DNA of 64,000 nucleotides from Octopus vulgaris (lineage: Eukaryota): NCBI GenBank assembly GCA_951406725.2, contig OX597831.1, positions 5,270,001 to 5,334,000 of the forward strand, written 5' to 3'. A program made the translations under genes and the position numbers. Positions within the stretch are counted from its first letter, which is position 1. Each line of letters opens with the position of its first letter. Under the pieces are notes generated by a model that had not been told where the DNA came from, did not search any database, and was given only the letters and a program-made list of their open reading frames with translations. Positions 51,755-64,000 of the stretch are shown piece after piece.

Positions 51755-51795
<41 letters not shown>

Positions 51796-51850
51796 ACATA
51801 CGCACGAGTGGATTTTGTAGACGGAAATTAAAAGAAGCCCGTCGCATTTG
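51427..51850 (+). mobile_element. Family A SINE 5' half split by an inverted copy of nearby sequence
   Basis: AAAGCCTTG stops at ~51533 and GAGTGGATTT resumes at ~51806. Confidence 0.7.
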
Positions 51851-51854
51851 TATG

Positions 51855-52717
51855 TATAAAACCACTTCATTTGTAGATGAATGATAATCCTCTATATCAA
51901 TTTGAAGGAATTTACATCTATTTTTATCCTTAATATTGTTAAACCATTTTATAGTATCTCTGGTACAATTCCAGAGTTTAAGGTTACCTAACTTATTTAA
52001 TTTACTTATATATTTATCCAATAATAATTTGCTAAATCTACCTATATCTGACTTGCTAGGGCATATTAATCTTACTTGGGGGTTTGAGTAAAAATTATCC
52101 TTATGGTCTTTAATCGTTATTCTTGGATGCATCGGGACACATGGTTCAGTTGTATTTTCAATACCATATTTAACCATGATTTTTTTAGAAATTATGTTGA
52201 TATTATCCAAATAATTTTTATTAACTACCTCATATTTTTTCATCATTTCTTTTTCTAGTAGTTTATCATAAATTGTGTATCTAGTCTATATAAATTCCTG
52301 GTCTTATCAGATTGCACTACAACTCCATCCTGGTTCTTTAATATTTCAATTTTTCTAGCTAAATTGCTGAGGTGCTTGTTGTGTCTGTTAGGGTATTTTT
52401 TGAATTTCATATTTTTCACCATATTCCATATTCCATATTCTCTCCTCAAAGTCCTGTATAATTCTATTATTGGGGGCTTCCTGCCCAGACTTGAAGTTTC
52501 TCTTTATATAGCCTATATCATCCATATTAATATTATTCTTATTAGGATTGTTGTTATTATAGTAGTGGACCTTCCATTTTCTCATTCTATTTATAAAGTT
52601 TTTTAGCTGGTTAATTAGGTCCTGTATATATTCTTTCCTACTGGGAATAGGTACATCCTTCAAAGATGAATTCCACTCTATCGTCTCAATCCTACCTGAA
52701 CGATCCATCTCTGACAT
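51855..52717 (-). pseudogene. Naiad-type Penelope-like reverse transcriptase, N-terminal part
   Basis: SLKDVPIPSRKEY..FINRMR.W, SDKTRNLY, ITIKDHKDNF..RLICPSKSDIG, KFLQIDIEDY; frameshifts; breaks off after RT motif A. Confidence 0.8.
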
Positions 52718-53344
52718 TTTATAAGAAGTCCTAGTGGTAGAACCAATTGTAAGATTAATATAAATAATTTGGGAAAACAAATTTCCAAATCCGTCAGGTG
52801 TAACCCTACAGTGTTATATGCATCTACATATCGTACTTCGGGGTCTTATTTATCGTATATCTATATATTTATCTATAAATATACAACGTATCTGATAAAA
52901 GTCAATATTCTATTTTGGGGGATTAATCGATATGTGGGTATTCTATTTCAGATAATGCAAAAATAACCAAATGAGTATATCTTACAGTAGACTCATGGTA
53001 TCAGTTTGTACATCACGAAATAATACTTCAAGGATATAACCAAAATTTCCAGCTGAGTATATCATGTACTTCATTAATTACATCATACTTTGGTTAATAC
53101 ATTTACTAAATATGAAGGAACTACATGTGTTTCAATATTGGAAGATTACAATATATATACATATACACGACTGTATACCCATATATGCAATCGCCAGATT
53201 TACAATTACTCCAACACATCTTCAGGTTCTATTTCAAAATATTATATATCTAATTTTACATCCTTTTGAAAATAAGCAATACAATTAAGCATTAAAGATA
53301 AAAATTACGAATTAAAAATTAAGAATAAAAATTATACTTTGTAA

Positions 53345-53499
53345 TATTAAGAAACTGGAAGTAAAGCTCACGTTGTCGACCTACAGAAAGTATCATACTG
53401 TATTCTGCAAGAATCCTAAGGAATATTCTTGAAGTTTGAGGAGATTTGTCACCAAGTATCAAGATAAAATACCTGCTAATCGAATTAGCATGCACTGGC

Positions 53500-53500
<1 letters not shown>
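53345..53500 (+). mobile_element. R4/Dong-like 3' end, copy 1
   Basis: VVDLQK / IILYSARILRNILEV* then a short UTR and (TAA)n. Confidence 0.65.
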
Positions 53501-53541
<41 letters not shown>

Positions 53542-53560
53542 GTAACTCGAATGTGGAATC

Positions 53561-53825
53561 TAAAAACAGAAACAATTCCTGTCATAGTAGGCGCATTAGG
53601 TATGATAAAAAAATATTCAGACAAATACACAACAAAAACACCAGGACTTACAAATATATATAACATACAGAAAATTGCACTACTAGGAACTGCACACATC
53701 CTACGCAGAACACTTTCAATACAGTAACCATAAGAGCATCACAACAAATCACAGCACATACCCAAGGCACACAGAGCTGCGCTCGGTAGTGAAATGAAAT
53801 CATGCTATAAAAATAAAATTACTAA
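53561..53825 (+). mobile_element. R4/Dong-like 3' end, copy 2
   Basis: RMWNLKTETIPVIVGALG..IQKIALLGTAHILRRTL*, flanked by (TAA)n. Confidence 0.85.
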
Positions 53826-53845
53826 ATAATAACAACAATAATAAA

Positions 53846-53889
<44 letters not shown>

Positions 53890-53925
53890 TAATAATAATG
53901 ATAATAATAATAATGATAATAATGA

Positions 53926-54188
53926 TATACGACAGTTTAGCTTGGGAGGTTGAGCAGTTGTGGTCGATGAAAAACGCGGTAGTAGTACCAATAATTGTCG
54001 GAGCACTGGGAACTGTGATTAAAAATCTTGAGAAGTACATGGAACAAATAGGGGCTGCAATAAGGGTGGAACACTTGCAGAAAACAGCACTGCTTGGAAT
54101 CGCTAATAAGGTGTTACCTTAGTTCACTGCTAGTGAGCAGCTGACATTGTAGTACATCTCCAGCGTTAGAAGCTGTGCAAAGAAATTA

Positions 54189-54190
<2 letters not shown>
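53926..54190 (+). mobile_element. R4/Dong-like 3' end, copy 3
   Basis: YDSLAWEVEQLW..VVPIIVGALGTV..LQKTALLG, flanked by (TAA)n. Confidence 0.82.
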
Positions 54191-54228
<38 letters not shown>

Positions 54229-54229
<1 letters not shown>

Positions 54230-54441
54230 CTTTCTACTAAAGGCACAGGGTCTGAAATTTTGGGTGAAAGGCTGATCGATTACATTGACTGGTCAAATCC
54301 ATTAAAATAAGTACTTATTTTATTGACCCTGATAAGCAAAATTGCACCTCGGAGGAATTTGAACTTAGGACGTGAAGCTGGAAGAAATGCCGCTCTACAT
54401 TTTCTCTGATGCTGTAACGATTCTGCCATCTTGCCGCCTTC
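54229..54441 (-). mobile_element. Family B' SINE whose tail runs into (ATT)n
   Basis: Homology to B'; ..TAGTAGAAAG-(ATT)n. Confidence 0.72.
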
Positions 54442-55367
54442 AATGAAGAAATATATAATAATAATAATAATAATAATTAATAATAATAATAATAACAATA
54501 ATAATAATAATTTCTTTTATTGCAATAATTAAGAGAAAGGGTGAAAAAAATGAAGAAAAGATATGTTTTTTATTGAAATCATAAACCATTGAACCTTGTT
54601 AACAAATTGGTCCCTTTTTCTGCTCCTTAAATAGTTAACTAGCCCCAGTGCGTTGTCGACGTTTATAGCTCATCGCTTGGCCCCCACCGCCGCCATATTA
54701 TGCAAAACAGATCATCTTCTCAAACACACCATCTGCACATGTATTTTAGTTTAGCACTAATTATCGATTATCCTGACCCCTAATCATATTCTATAGGGTT
54801 CATCCTCATCGTTATAACAAAGGGGACACATAGAGCTTTATTCTTTTTTTCCTTTATGTTTTTTTTTGTTGTACTGTTTGTTTATTTAAACGTTGTCCCT
54901 TAAAATTACTGGGTTACAGCCATTTTCTTTTTACCTTCTGCCTCTCATCCATTTTCGTTGTTGTTGTTGTCGTTCGTTGTTCTTGTTCTTGTCGTTATCG
55001 TTGTTATTGTAGTTATGTCTTTTGCATCACTTTTTTTATCGTATTTCGTCATTATTATTACCATCATCATCATCGTTATTATTATTGTTGTTGTTGCTTG
55101 TCACGGCTGTTTTTCTCTTTTCCTTGCCATTCGACCATTGTGTCTCGTTGTTGTTGTTGTTGTCGTCGTCGTCGTCGTAGTCGTCGTCGTTAAACAATAT
55201 TGTCGCTTTGATCTGATATTGATCTAATTTATTTATTTTGTCATTAATATATTCCGTTTTTTATGTATTTATTCATTCTACCAATTATTTCTCATTTTTC
55301 CAAGAGTTCTTCATTTCCAAGGGAGATTTCTTTTTAAAGACAGTTGTTGTTGTTGTTGCTGTTGTTG

Positions 55368-55420
<53 letters not shown>

Positions 55421-55429
55421 TAGAGATGG

Positions 55430-55627
55430 ACATATGTATATACATACATATATATATATATACGTATATGCAAACATATATGTATATACATACATATATA
55501 TATATATACATATATGCAAACATATATGTATATACATACATATATATATATATATACATATATGCAAACATATATGTATATACATACATATATATATATA
55601 TATACATATATGCAAACATATATGTAT

Positions 55628-55666
<39 letters not shown>

Positions 55667-55700
55667 TGCAAACATATATGTATATACATATATGTGTGTG
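55430..55700. repeat. ~46-bp unit x5 (TATGCAAACATATATGTATATACATAC..)
   Basis: Direct reading. Confidence 0.88.
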
Positions 55701-56271
55701 TGTATGAACATATGTACATACATACATATACACATATACTCAGGCAATTTTGGGGAATTTCTACTTTTTCTATCATTCGCTTTCTCCTTTATTTTCAACA
55801 CTTACCCCAGCATCCACTCTCTCCCTTCTCCCTCACCCCTCTCTCTCTCTCTTCTGTGTATACGTTTCATACATATACATAATATATATATATTGTGTAT
55901 ATGTATGTATACATATGTAGAGAGATTGGGAGCGTGCGCGTGAGAGAGAGGTACAAGTTCATAGGCTGAATCAATAAAAAAAACTAACTGAAGACAATAC
56001 AGTGTATTTGCTATACTAAATGTCCCAATCTGTATGTATGCGCGTGTGCGCACGTTCGTGTGTGTGTGTGTGTCTTTTTTTGTGGGAATATTGGGTCTCG
56101 GGGTACATCACGTAAGGCTATGAGTGATACCATGTAAATATTGGATTGAAAAATCCTTTTGGATACAAAAGTTGAACGCAACCTTCGATATCCAATATTC
56201 CCAAAAAACGAATTCTTTCACGCTCTCTCGAAAGTTCATAAATTCTGATGACATCAACAATATATGTTTAT

Positions 56272-56306
<35 letters not shown>

Positions 56307-56307
<1 letters not shown>

Positions 56308-56720
56308 GCGTAGGAGTGGCTGTGTGGTAAGTAGCTTGCTTACCAACCACATGGTTCCGGGTGTTCAGTTCCACTGTGTGGCACCTTGGCCAAGTGTCTT
56401 CTAAGTCTCGGGTCGACCAAAACCTTGTGAGTGGATTTTGGAGACGGAAATCGAAAAGAAGCCCGTCGTGCATATATATATATGTGTGTGTGTGGTTGTA
56501 TGTTTGTGTGTCTCTGTTTGTCCCCTACCCCCTCACATCGCTTGACAACCGATGCTGGTGTGTTTACGTCCCCGTAACTTAGCGGTTCGGCAAAAGAGAC
56601 CGATAGAATACGTACTAGGCTTACAGAGAATAAGTCCTGGGGGTCTATCTGCTAGACTAAATGCGGTGCTCCAGCATGGCCACAGTCAAATGACTGAAAC
56701 AAGTACACGAGTAAAGAGTA
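56307..56720 (+). mobile_element. Family A CORE-like SINE
   Basis: Full length. Confidence 0.87.
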
Positions 56721-56722
56721 TA

Positions 56723-57270
56723 CAGGGGTTGAACAAAATAATGGAAACACCTTAAAATTTCAAACAATTTTTTTTTAAGATGCGGTAGGACCGCCTTTGG
56801 TAGTAATTACAGTTTGAATTCTACGAGGTATGGACTCGTACAAAGTTTGAATTGTTTCCAAAGGAATTTTTGTCCATTCTTCAGCTAAAACAGTCTCCAA
56901 TTCTTGTAGTGATAATTGTAGAGGATACCGACTCCTTACTTGTTTTTCTAAAATGCACCATAAATGTTCAATAATATTGAGATCTGGGGACTGTGGTGGC
57001 CAGTTAAGATGTTCAGCTTCACTAGAATGTTCCTCGTGCCATTCAATAACAACTTTAGCTGTATGAACTGGCGCATTATCATCCTGAAAGATTGCGTTTC
57101 CCTCCGGAAATAGTTCCGCATTCCGCAACTATAGGGTGAATTTGATCAGATAAAATACTTAAATAGTCTTCACTATTAATTCTGCCATGAAGGGAAAGCA
57201 TTGGGCCGGCTGATTTCTAAGATACAGCCCTAACAGATCATCGCAGGTCCTCCTCCATGTTTAACAGTTT
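56723..57270 (-). mobile_element. Tc1-like DD34E transposon, 3' fragment with one TIR
   Basis: TA-CAGGGGTTGAACAAAATAATGGAAACACC; TVKHGGG, FQDDNAPVH, WPPQSPDLNIIEHLW. Confidence 0.9.
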
Positions 57271-57474
57271 GTTGATCCAATAATTATGAAGATAACTTTC
57301 TTGTTTAACTTCGCTTTGTATCTGATTTTGTATCTGTTTTGCAAGATTCTTTATGTGAATTCGTGTGTTGAAACAAATTTTGTTGTCTGGGGAGGGTCAT
57401 ACTGCCTTAATATCTAACACACACTCACCGGTGCAGTTTCCAGTCATTTATTTATTTATTTATATTTTTTCTTT

Positions 57475-57512
57475 TCCAAACTTTTCGTTGCTTCTGCAAC
57501 CTTATCAATGGA
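57475..57512 (-). ncRNA. Minimal hammerhead-like motif with U3-A8 core
   Basis: TCCA-TTGATAA-G-GTTGC agaa GCAAC-GAAA-AGTT-TGGA. Confidence 0.62.
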
Positions 57513-57948
57513 TAAACCCATTCTCCTGACCATTTATTTAAGGAATAAATACATTTGATTGGGACAAACAGGGTATATTGCTGGTATTTATTTCCTCGAT
57601 GTGAGAGGATTTATTTTGAAGAATAATGAATTTATTTTGCCGGCTTACTGTTTCGGATGGAAGCTGGTCTGTTGATAGGAAGACAGACATAAAAACACAA
57701 CAGAGAAAGAAAGAAAAGAAATAACAAGAAAATTTTCAAATAAAATTAAAAGGAAGAAAGAAAGAAACAATAACAGGAAGAAAGAAAGAAATAACAAAAG
57801 GACGAAGGAAAAAAAAAATGGATGTGAGTGGGCATTAGAAATGAAAGGAAGAATGAATGAAAGAATGATAGAAGTTAAAGAAAGAGGAAGAAAAGAAGTG
57901 AAGAAGCAAAGAAAACCAGAAAAGGAGAGGTAAAGATGATGATGTATA

Positions 57949-58346
57949 TACTCTTTTACTTGTTTCAGTCATTTAACTGTGGCCATGCTGGAGCACCTCC
58001 TTTAGTCGAGCAAATCGACCCCGGGACTTATTCTTTGTAAGCTTAGTACTTATTTTATCTGTCTCTTTTGTCGAACCACTAAGTTGTGGGGATGTAAACA
58101 CACCAGCATCGGTTGTCAAGCGATGTTGGTGGGGGGGGACAGACAGACACACAAACATATACACACATGCATATTTACATACATACGATGGGCTTCCTTC
58201 AGTTTCCATCTACCAGATCCACTCACAAGGCTTTGGTCTGCCCGAGGCTATAGGAGAAGACACTTGCCCAAGGTGCCACGCAGAGTTAATGAACCCGGAA
58301 CCATGTGGTTGGTAAGCAAGCTACTTACCACACAGCCACTCCTGCG
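57949..58346 (-). mobile_element. Family A CORE-like SINE
   Basis: Full length. Confidence 0.87.
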
Positions 58347-59744
58347 ATGAAGAAAAAGATGAAGTAAAGAAGAGAAAGTAAAGAAAAAGTAAGGATGATG
58401 AGGATGAAGAAGAAAAGAAGTAAAAAAGAAAAAGTAAAGAAGTAAAAAAACAAAGATGATGAGGAGGATGAAGAAGTTGAAGAAAAAGAAGAACATGAAG
58501 ATGAAGAAGAATATTATGATGAAGAAGTTTAGAAGGATGGAGCAAAAAAAACATGGAAGAAATATGAAATGAAATTATGGGAATAATTTCATTGGAAACA
58601 GAACTGAAAGGAGAAGAAGGAATGAAAAGAACGACTGAATGAAAAGAGTGAATGAAAAGGAACGAAGAGATCTGAATGGGGAAAGAAAGGAATATGAAAA
58701 AAAAATGGTATTCGGGTGTGGGTGGAGGGGGAAGGAAAGGATGACGATGATGTGTGGGTGGTCGTGATGTGTGTGGTGGGGGGTGATGGTGGTGGTGGTG
58801 GTGGTGGGGAGTGGGGGGTGGAAAGAAGATGAAAAGAGAAAATAAAAGGGGAAGCAGATGCTTAATGAAAAATTTGTTTATAATAATGGGAGGAGGAGGA
58901 GGAGGAAGAAGAGGAGGAAGAGGATTGACGAGGAGTAGGAGGAGCAGGAAGACGAGGATGAATGCTCTATGAATGAGGATTTGGCTGGAAGCAGAGGCGA
59001 ATTGGGTGCCGGGGTGAGGGGGGATGGGGGTGGGGGTATCTGGCAGGGAAAAGGGACGGAGCGAGGTAAATTGAGCGGCACTAAGTGGCTAAAATGGAGT
59101 TAACACTCGCTGCTGACGGTGGTGATGGTGGCGGTGAATATTGTGGTGGTGGTGGTGGGGTGATGCGGATGCTGGTGATGGTAAGTATGGTGATAGTGAT
59201 GGTTATTTGATGGACATGGTGATGTTTATGGTGGTGATGGTGCTGGTGATAGTGGTGGTGGTGGTGATGGTGGTGGTGATGGTGGTTATAGCTGCAGTGG
59301 TGGCTATAGTAGTAGTGTCGGGGGTGATAGTGATGTTAATGGTGGTATTTTTAGTGTTGTTCTTGTTGGGAATGGTGGTGGTGGTGGTGGCGGTGGTGGT
59401 GGCAGCGGGTGTGGACGTTGAAATGATGCTGGTGATGATGATAATGACAGTGATGATGATTGTGATGATATATGCTAGATGTATATCCATAATATATATT
59501 TTCTGTGCGTGTATGTGTATATATGTGTGTGCATGTGAGTGTTTGCATATCATGCATGTGTATGTATCAGTCTAGTACTGGAGTGGGTGGTATCGGCTCA
59601 TCCACTTCTCCACCGAATAGTGGTTTTGTCTCGAATTAATATTATATATATTTATATATTCGTGTATGTATGTGTGTATATATATATATTTATATATTCG
59701 TGTATGTATGTGTGTATATATATATATTTATATATTCGTGTATG

Positions 59745-59779
<35 letters not shown>

Positions 59780-59786
59780 GTGTGTG

Positions 59787-59823
<37 letters not shown>

Positions 59824-59861
59824 TGTATGTATATATATATATATATATATATTCGTGTATG

Positions 59862-59903
<42 letters not shown>

Positions 59904-60139
59904 TCGCCATGTTGATTCGCTAGCCTCTGCACGCATTTTTTTCTCTCCTTCTTTCTGTGTTTCTTCTCTGTGTATCTTTCTGTTGAAGAGCGTAGGCTCG
60001 AAACGTTAAAGACTTGTTTTATTTATATTCCTGAGTGGCATACTAATACAATTGTTTTTTGTATTCCACCTGCCTTCGTCTTTTGTTTATTTCCGTAAAC
60101 CTGCCTTCGTCTTTTGTCTATTTTCATGAAGCTTCCCGT
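59904..60139 (+). mobile_element. Short hammerhead-bearing element ending at (TA)n (motif at 59975-60012)
   Basis: Motif identical to 12603-12640. Confidence 0.75.
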
Positions 60140-60170
<31 letters not shown>

Positions 60171-60317
60171 TGTATGTATGTGTATATATATATACACACA
60201 CACTTATGTATATATATATATATTATTCGTGTATGTATGTGTATATATATATACACACACACTTATATATATATATATTCGTGTATGTATGTGTATATAT
60301 ATATACACACACACACA

Positions 60318-60355
<38 letters not shown>

Positions 60356-60356
<1 letters not shown>

Positions 60357-61347
60357 TAGCTGTAGGATCCGGCGTTGCTCGTGTTTTCGGTATTGAAATC
60401 TTCTACATTACTCGTGCCAACTATTACCCATTAAGATGTTATACCTTGTTCGGCAGGGATTTTATTCGGTTAACGCTTTCGACTTACTCCTACATACTTG
60501 ACCGTCTGAAATTTCAGTCAAACTTTTGGGTGTACCTCGACCCGTTGAGAGTGATGTTTGTTTATTTCTTTCCCCTTAATGCCACCCTCTGTACAAAATT
60601 GATAAGCGTGTCAAATCTCAGCAAAATCCGAAGAGAAGTGTTAAGGAAGAGAAGTGTTATGTCATAAAGTAGAATCCATGTGACAATTTATAGGAAAATA
60701 TCCCATTGACTTTTAAATCCCAATACATTATATGAATAATTGATCATGGGTCAATTTTCTTCAAAATCAGTTCATTATTTTATTGTGAGTGAATTTTGAC
60801 GATTTCTACCTTTCACCAGTTTAATTTTAATTCTACTACATGGCTCCGACCATAAACTTTATCTGAATGTCAATTTTTATCAAAATCGGATGAATTCTGT
60901 AAAAGTTACAGCATGAAATATTAATCCTATGGGTAATTGGATGCAAAAAGCCTATTGATTTCTTAAAATCCCCCGCTCACGCGCAATTATTGATTTTTTT
61001 TGTCAACTCTTGATGCCAGCATCAACTATGGACATAAACTGACATCAATCCACTGCCATAAGCCTCGCTCACTCATCGATTTTCATCAAAATCGGATAAA
61101 AAATGCGAAAGCTGCAGGAAAAATAACATCGTTATGGGAAAATCCATTCAAACGCCCGATTGAGCTCACAAAAATCGATGCCAACTAAGCATTATCGGGT
61201 TTTCGAAAAATTCCGGCCTTATTTGAACTTTAGGGCATGTGATCTACCTATGTGCCAAAAATCATTAAAATCGGTTAGACTGTGTGGGAGGAGCTAGAGT
61301 AACCCTAAACACACACACAGACACCATTACACATTTATGTATATAGA
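60356..61347 (-). mobile_element. Non-autonomous Helitron
   Basis: On minus strand 5'-TC..., degenerate subterminal hairpin CGAGCAACGCCGG, CTAG-3' followed by T; about six internal TTTCATCAAAATCGG-like motifs; no TSD. Confidence 0.75.
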
Positions 61348-62099
61348 CTGAGCCTGGAATCTTGTAGTTGGAAAGCAAACGTCCTACCACACAACCACAC
61401 CAACTTATGTGTGTGTGTGTGTGTGGTGGGTGTTGCTTTTGTCGTTGTCTTTGCGCTTGTCCGCCATCACCGCTTGACAACTGCTATTTTCTTGTTTATG
61501 ACCCCGTAAATTAGCGTTTCGTCAAAAGCGAACGATAGAATAAATTCTAGAGGTTTTTCTTTTGTTGTTTTTTTAATAAGTTTCGGTGTCGATTTCGTTG
61601 ATTAAACCTTTCAATGCGGTGCTCCAGCATGGCCGCTGTGTAATGACTAAAACAAGTAAAATTTTTTTTTTTAATATAAAAATAAATGAAAAGTAAACTT
61701 CACACGAGAGTCACCTCCCCTCCTCCGTTCGACTGTTATAATTCAGGCCTTCCTTCGTATCGGTGCTAAAGCCGGATACATAAGAAACCCAACACACCAA
61801 AGGAACTTTCGAATCATCCCGCTTATTTATTCATTCCCACGTTCTGAACATTTCCATTCAGTTTACAAGAATTCTCTCCCTTGCCAAGTCAAAGATTAGT
61901 TTTCATTAACGTCAATGGTTGTTCTTTCTCTTTACGCTTAGAATTTCAAATAAGTATAAATTATTGACCGTCCGCTACATTACATATATTTGACATCACT
62001 TAGCTATGTCTTCGTCAGGCACAAGATAACCATGAGCAAATTTTGTATTGTTATACATATGTGTGTGCATATATAGATAGACAGACAGGTAGGTAGATG

Positions 62100-62212
<113 letters not shown>

Positions 62213-62445
62213 TGGTAAATATTGGTTTTAAAATCTGGAAGGATCGTAGTTTGAAAGTGGAGTACTCAATAACATTTAATTGAGTGCAGGTATGTGTTTA
62301 TTCAGTTGATGGCGTTTACATGACTACTCGTGTAGTGTTTTCAGGTAATTTTGTCATGCTTAATTTTAAAAAAATATTTTCGCAGTTTTTAAATATAATT
62401 AAACCAAGGCGAAGATAGTGTAAAAGAAATTTCTGTTGGCTGTCC

Positions 62446-62820
62446 AGACGCAGGAGTGGCAGTGTGGTAAGAAGCTCGCTTCCCAATCACATGGTTCCGA
62501 GTTCAGTCTCACTGCGTGGCACCTTGGTCAAGTGTCTTCTGCTATAGCCTTGGGCTGATTAAAGCCTTGTGAGTGGATTTGGTAGACAGAAACTGAAAGA
62601 AGCCCATCGTATATATATATGTGTGTGTGCGCGTGTGTGTCTCCCCAACATCGCTTAACAAGTTATGCTGGTGTGTTTACGTCCCCTTAACTTAGCGGTT
62701 CAGCAGAAGAGACCGATAAAATAAGTACTAGGCTTACAAAGAATAAGTCCTGTAGTTGAATTGTTCGACTAAAAGCGGCGATCCAGTATGGCCGCAGTCA
62801 AATGATTGAAACAAGTAAAA
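62446..62820 (+). mobile_element. Family A CORE-like SINE
   Basis: Full length. Confidence 0.86.
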
Positions 62821-63083
62821 AAAAATACAAGAATAAAAGAATAATGATAGCAGTGAAATTTTTCCAAAATGTAAAGTGAGAAAATTTCAAATAAGTTGCA
62901 AAATTGATGAAATTTATGATTTGGGGAAACAGAGATTGGAAAAGGCCTCTTAGAAGGCCTCCAGATCATGGGAAGACAATTTAGTCAAGCAATTTGGGTT
63001 AAGACGTAAAATAATTCTGCAATCAAGACAAAACTGGAAGCGCATTGTGATCAGCGGTGTATAACTGCATCTGATGGTCTGGT

Positions 63084-63325
63084 TGTCTTATATCCTTGTG
63101 TTTGGTTATAGACTACACTGTAACAGTATTTATCACACTATACAAAAGCTAAATCACTAACAAGCACGTAACAAACTTATATCTCACATCATCGACTTCT
63201 ACGACTGCCTTCACAAATGCGACTGCACACACCTGTACCCCGCATTGTCAGTACGCATGCGCTTTTATAAGGTTTAGGAGAGTTCACTTGCTATCCCACA
63301 GGGGTGTCAGGATTTCACCACAACA
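63084..63325 (-). mobile_element. Candidate solo LTR interrupting a SINE tail
   Basis: TG...CA ends, TATAAAA on minus strand, flanks CTGGT / GGTCGATATTGTGA continue a tail-2 SINE; TSD imperfect. Confidence 0.45.
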
Positions 63326-63659
63326 GGTCGATATTGTGATAACTGTGTTACAAAAAAAAAAAAGAAAATGGAATCGCAGAAGAGAGAAAAATAGCGCTGA
63401 AGGGTAGATTAGGGCGGAAGGTTTACAGAAAGTAAATAATTAAAAAGACTTAAGGGAATTAATAAGGATTTAATCTACAAACAAAACTTACATATAATTT
63501 AAGCTTATGGTGTTTTCAGGCATTTATGTATGCTGGAAGAAATCCTTTCGTTGCGCTTGTTCATAAAATGGTCTTTGGGGAATAAAGAGCTGAACTCACC
63601 GATGTATATAAATTACAATGTCTGCTGATATTGGTACGCGACTTAATTGTAAACAGGAT

Positions 63660-63800
63660 ACTCCATTCCGCCGAAAACGACTTTCCATTTCGTCTTTACG
63701 GGTTCGATAAAATAAGAACCAGTTGAGTTGTGGGGTCGATATAAGCGACTAACTCCCCCACCAAAAAAAATTTCAGACCTTGTGCCTGTACTAGAAATTA
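63660..63800 (+). mobile_element. Family B' SINE fragment ending in (ATT)n
   Basis: Homology to B'. Confidence 0.68.
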
Positions 63801-63822
63801 TTATTATTATTATTATTATTAT

Positions 63823-64000
63823 TGAGTGAGAGAGCAGTGCATGCCACCAAAGTGACACTGGGTTAAAATATACGAAGCCCAGTATACCCATCATGACTAC
63901 CTGCCTGATAAGGGGACACCAGGCACATGCATCACAACCATATGTGCACGACAGGGTGATTTCATACCAAGATAAACAGCGCATGACCTTGCAGGTGGGA
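63823..64000 (-). mobile_element. Probable retroelement 3' UTR ending in (AAT)n, cut by window edge
   Basis: Complex sequence abutting the (AAT)n tract tail-to-tail with the B' SINE, as at 54190. Confidence 0.4.

Noticed and set aside
56075-56208. 23-bp imperfect inverted repeat (similar weak ones at 3005-3068 and 21517-21539)
   Set aside because: Too short and degenerate to classify; probably MITE debris.

Overview
This is AT-rich, microsatellite-saturated eukaryotic DNA. Its tRNA-headed SINE families and (TA)n/(TG)n load point to a coleoid cephalopod, most likely Octopus (inferred from repeat content, not from a search). I could not support any host protein-coding exon, and almost all ORFs in the track are microsatellite translations. 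The window is a mosaic of mobile elements. It holds three abundant SINE groups (CORE-like with an internal microsatellite, Meta/MESC-like, and tRNA-Arg-like heads with swappable tails), two mariners, a Tc1 fragment, two hAT MITEs and a Helitron. It also holds RTE/Expander, R4/Dong-like, Tx1-like and Penelope-like remnants (GIY-YIG and Naiad-type RT). The most notable signal is a set of minimal hammerhead-ribozyme motifs, mostly in short elements that end at (TA)n/(TG)n tracts. Three unrelated copies carry the compensatory U3-A8 core pair, and two families carry non-canonical cores shared between copies. Other signals are a SINE subfamily that repeatedly nests in the head of its own relatives, three R4/Dong-like 3' ends stacked in an (AAT)n tract, many local fold-back inversions, and several promoter-like unique islands rich in YY1/RFX motifs.
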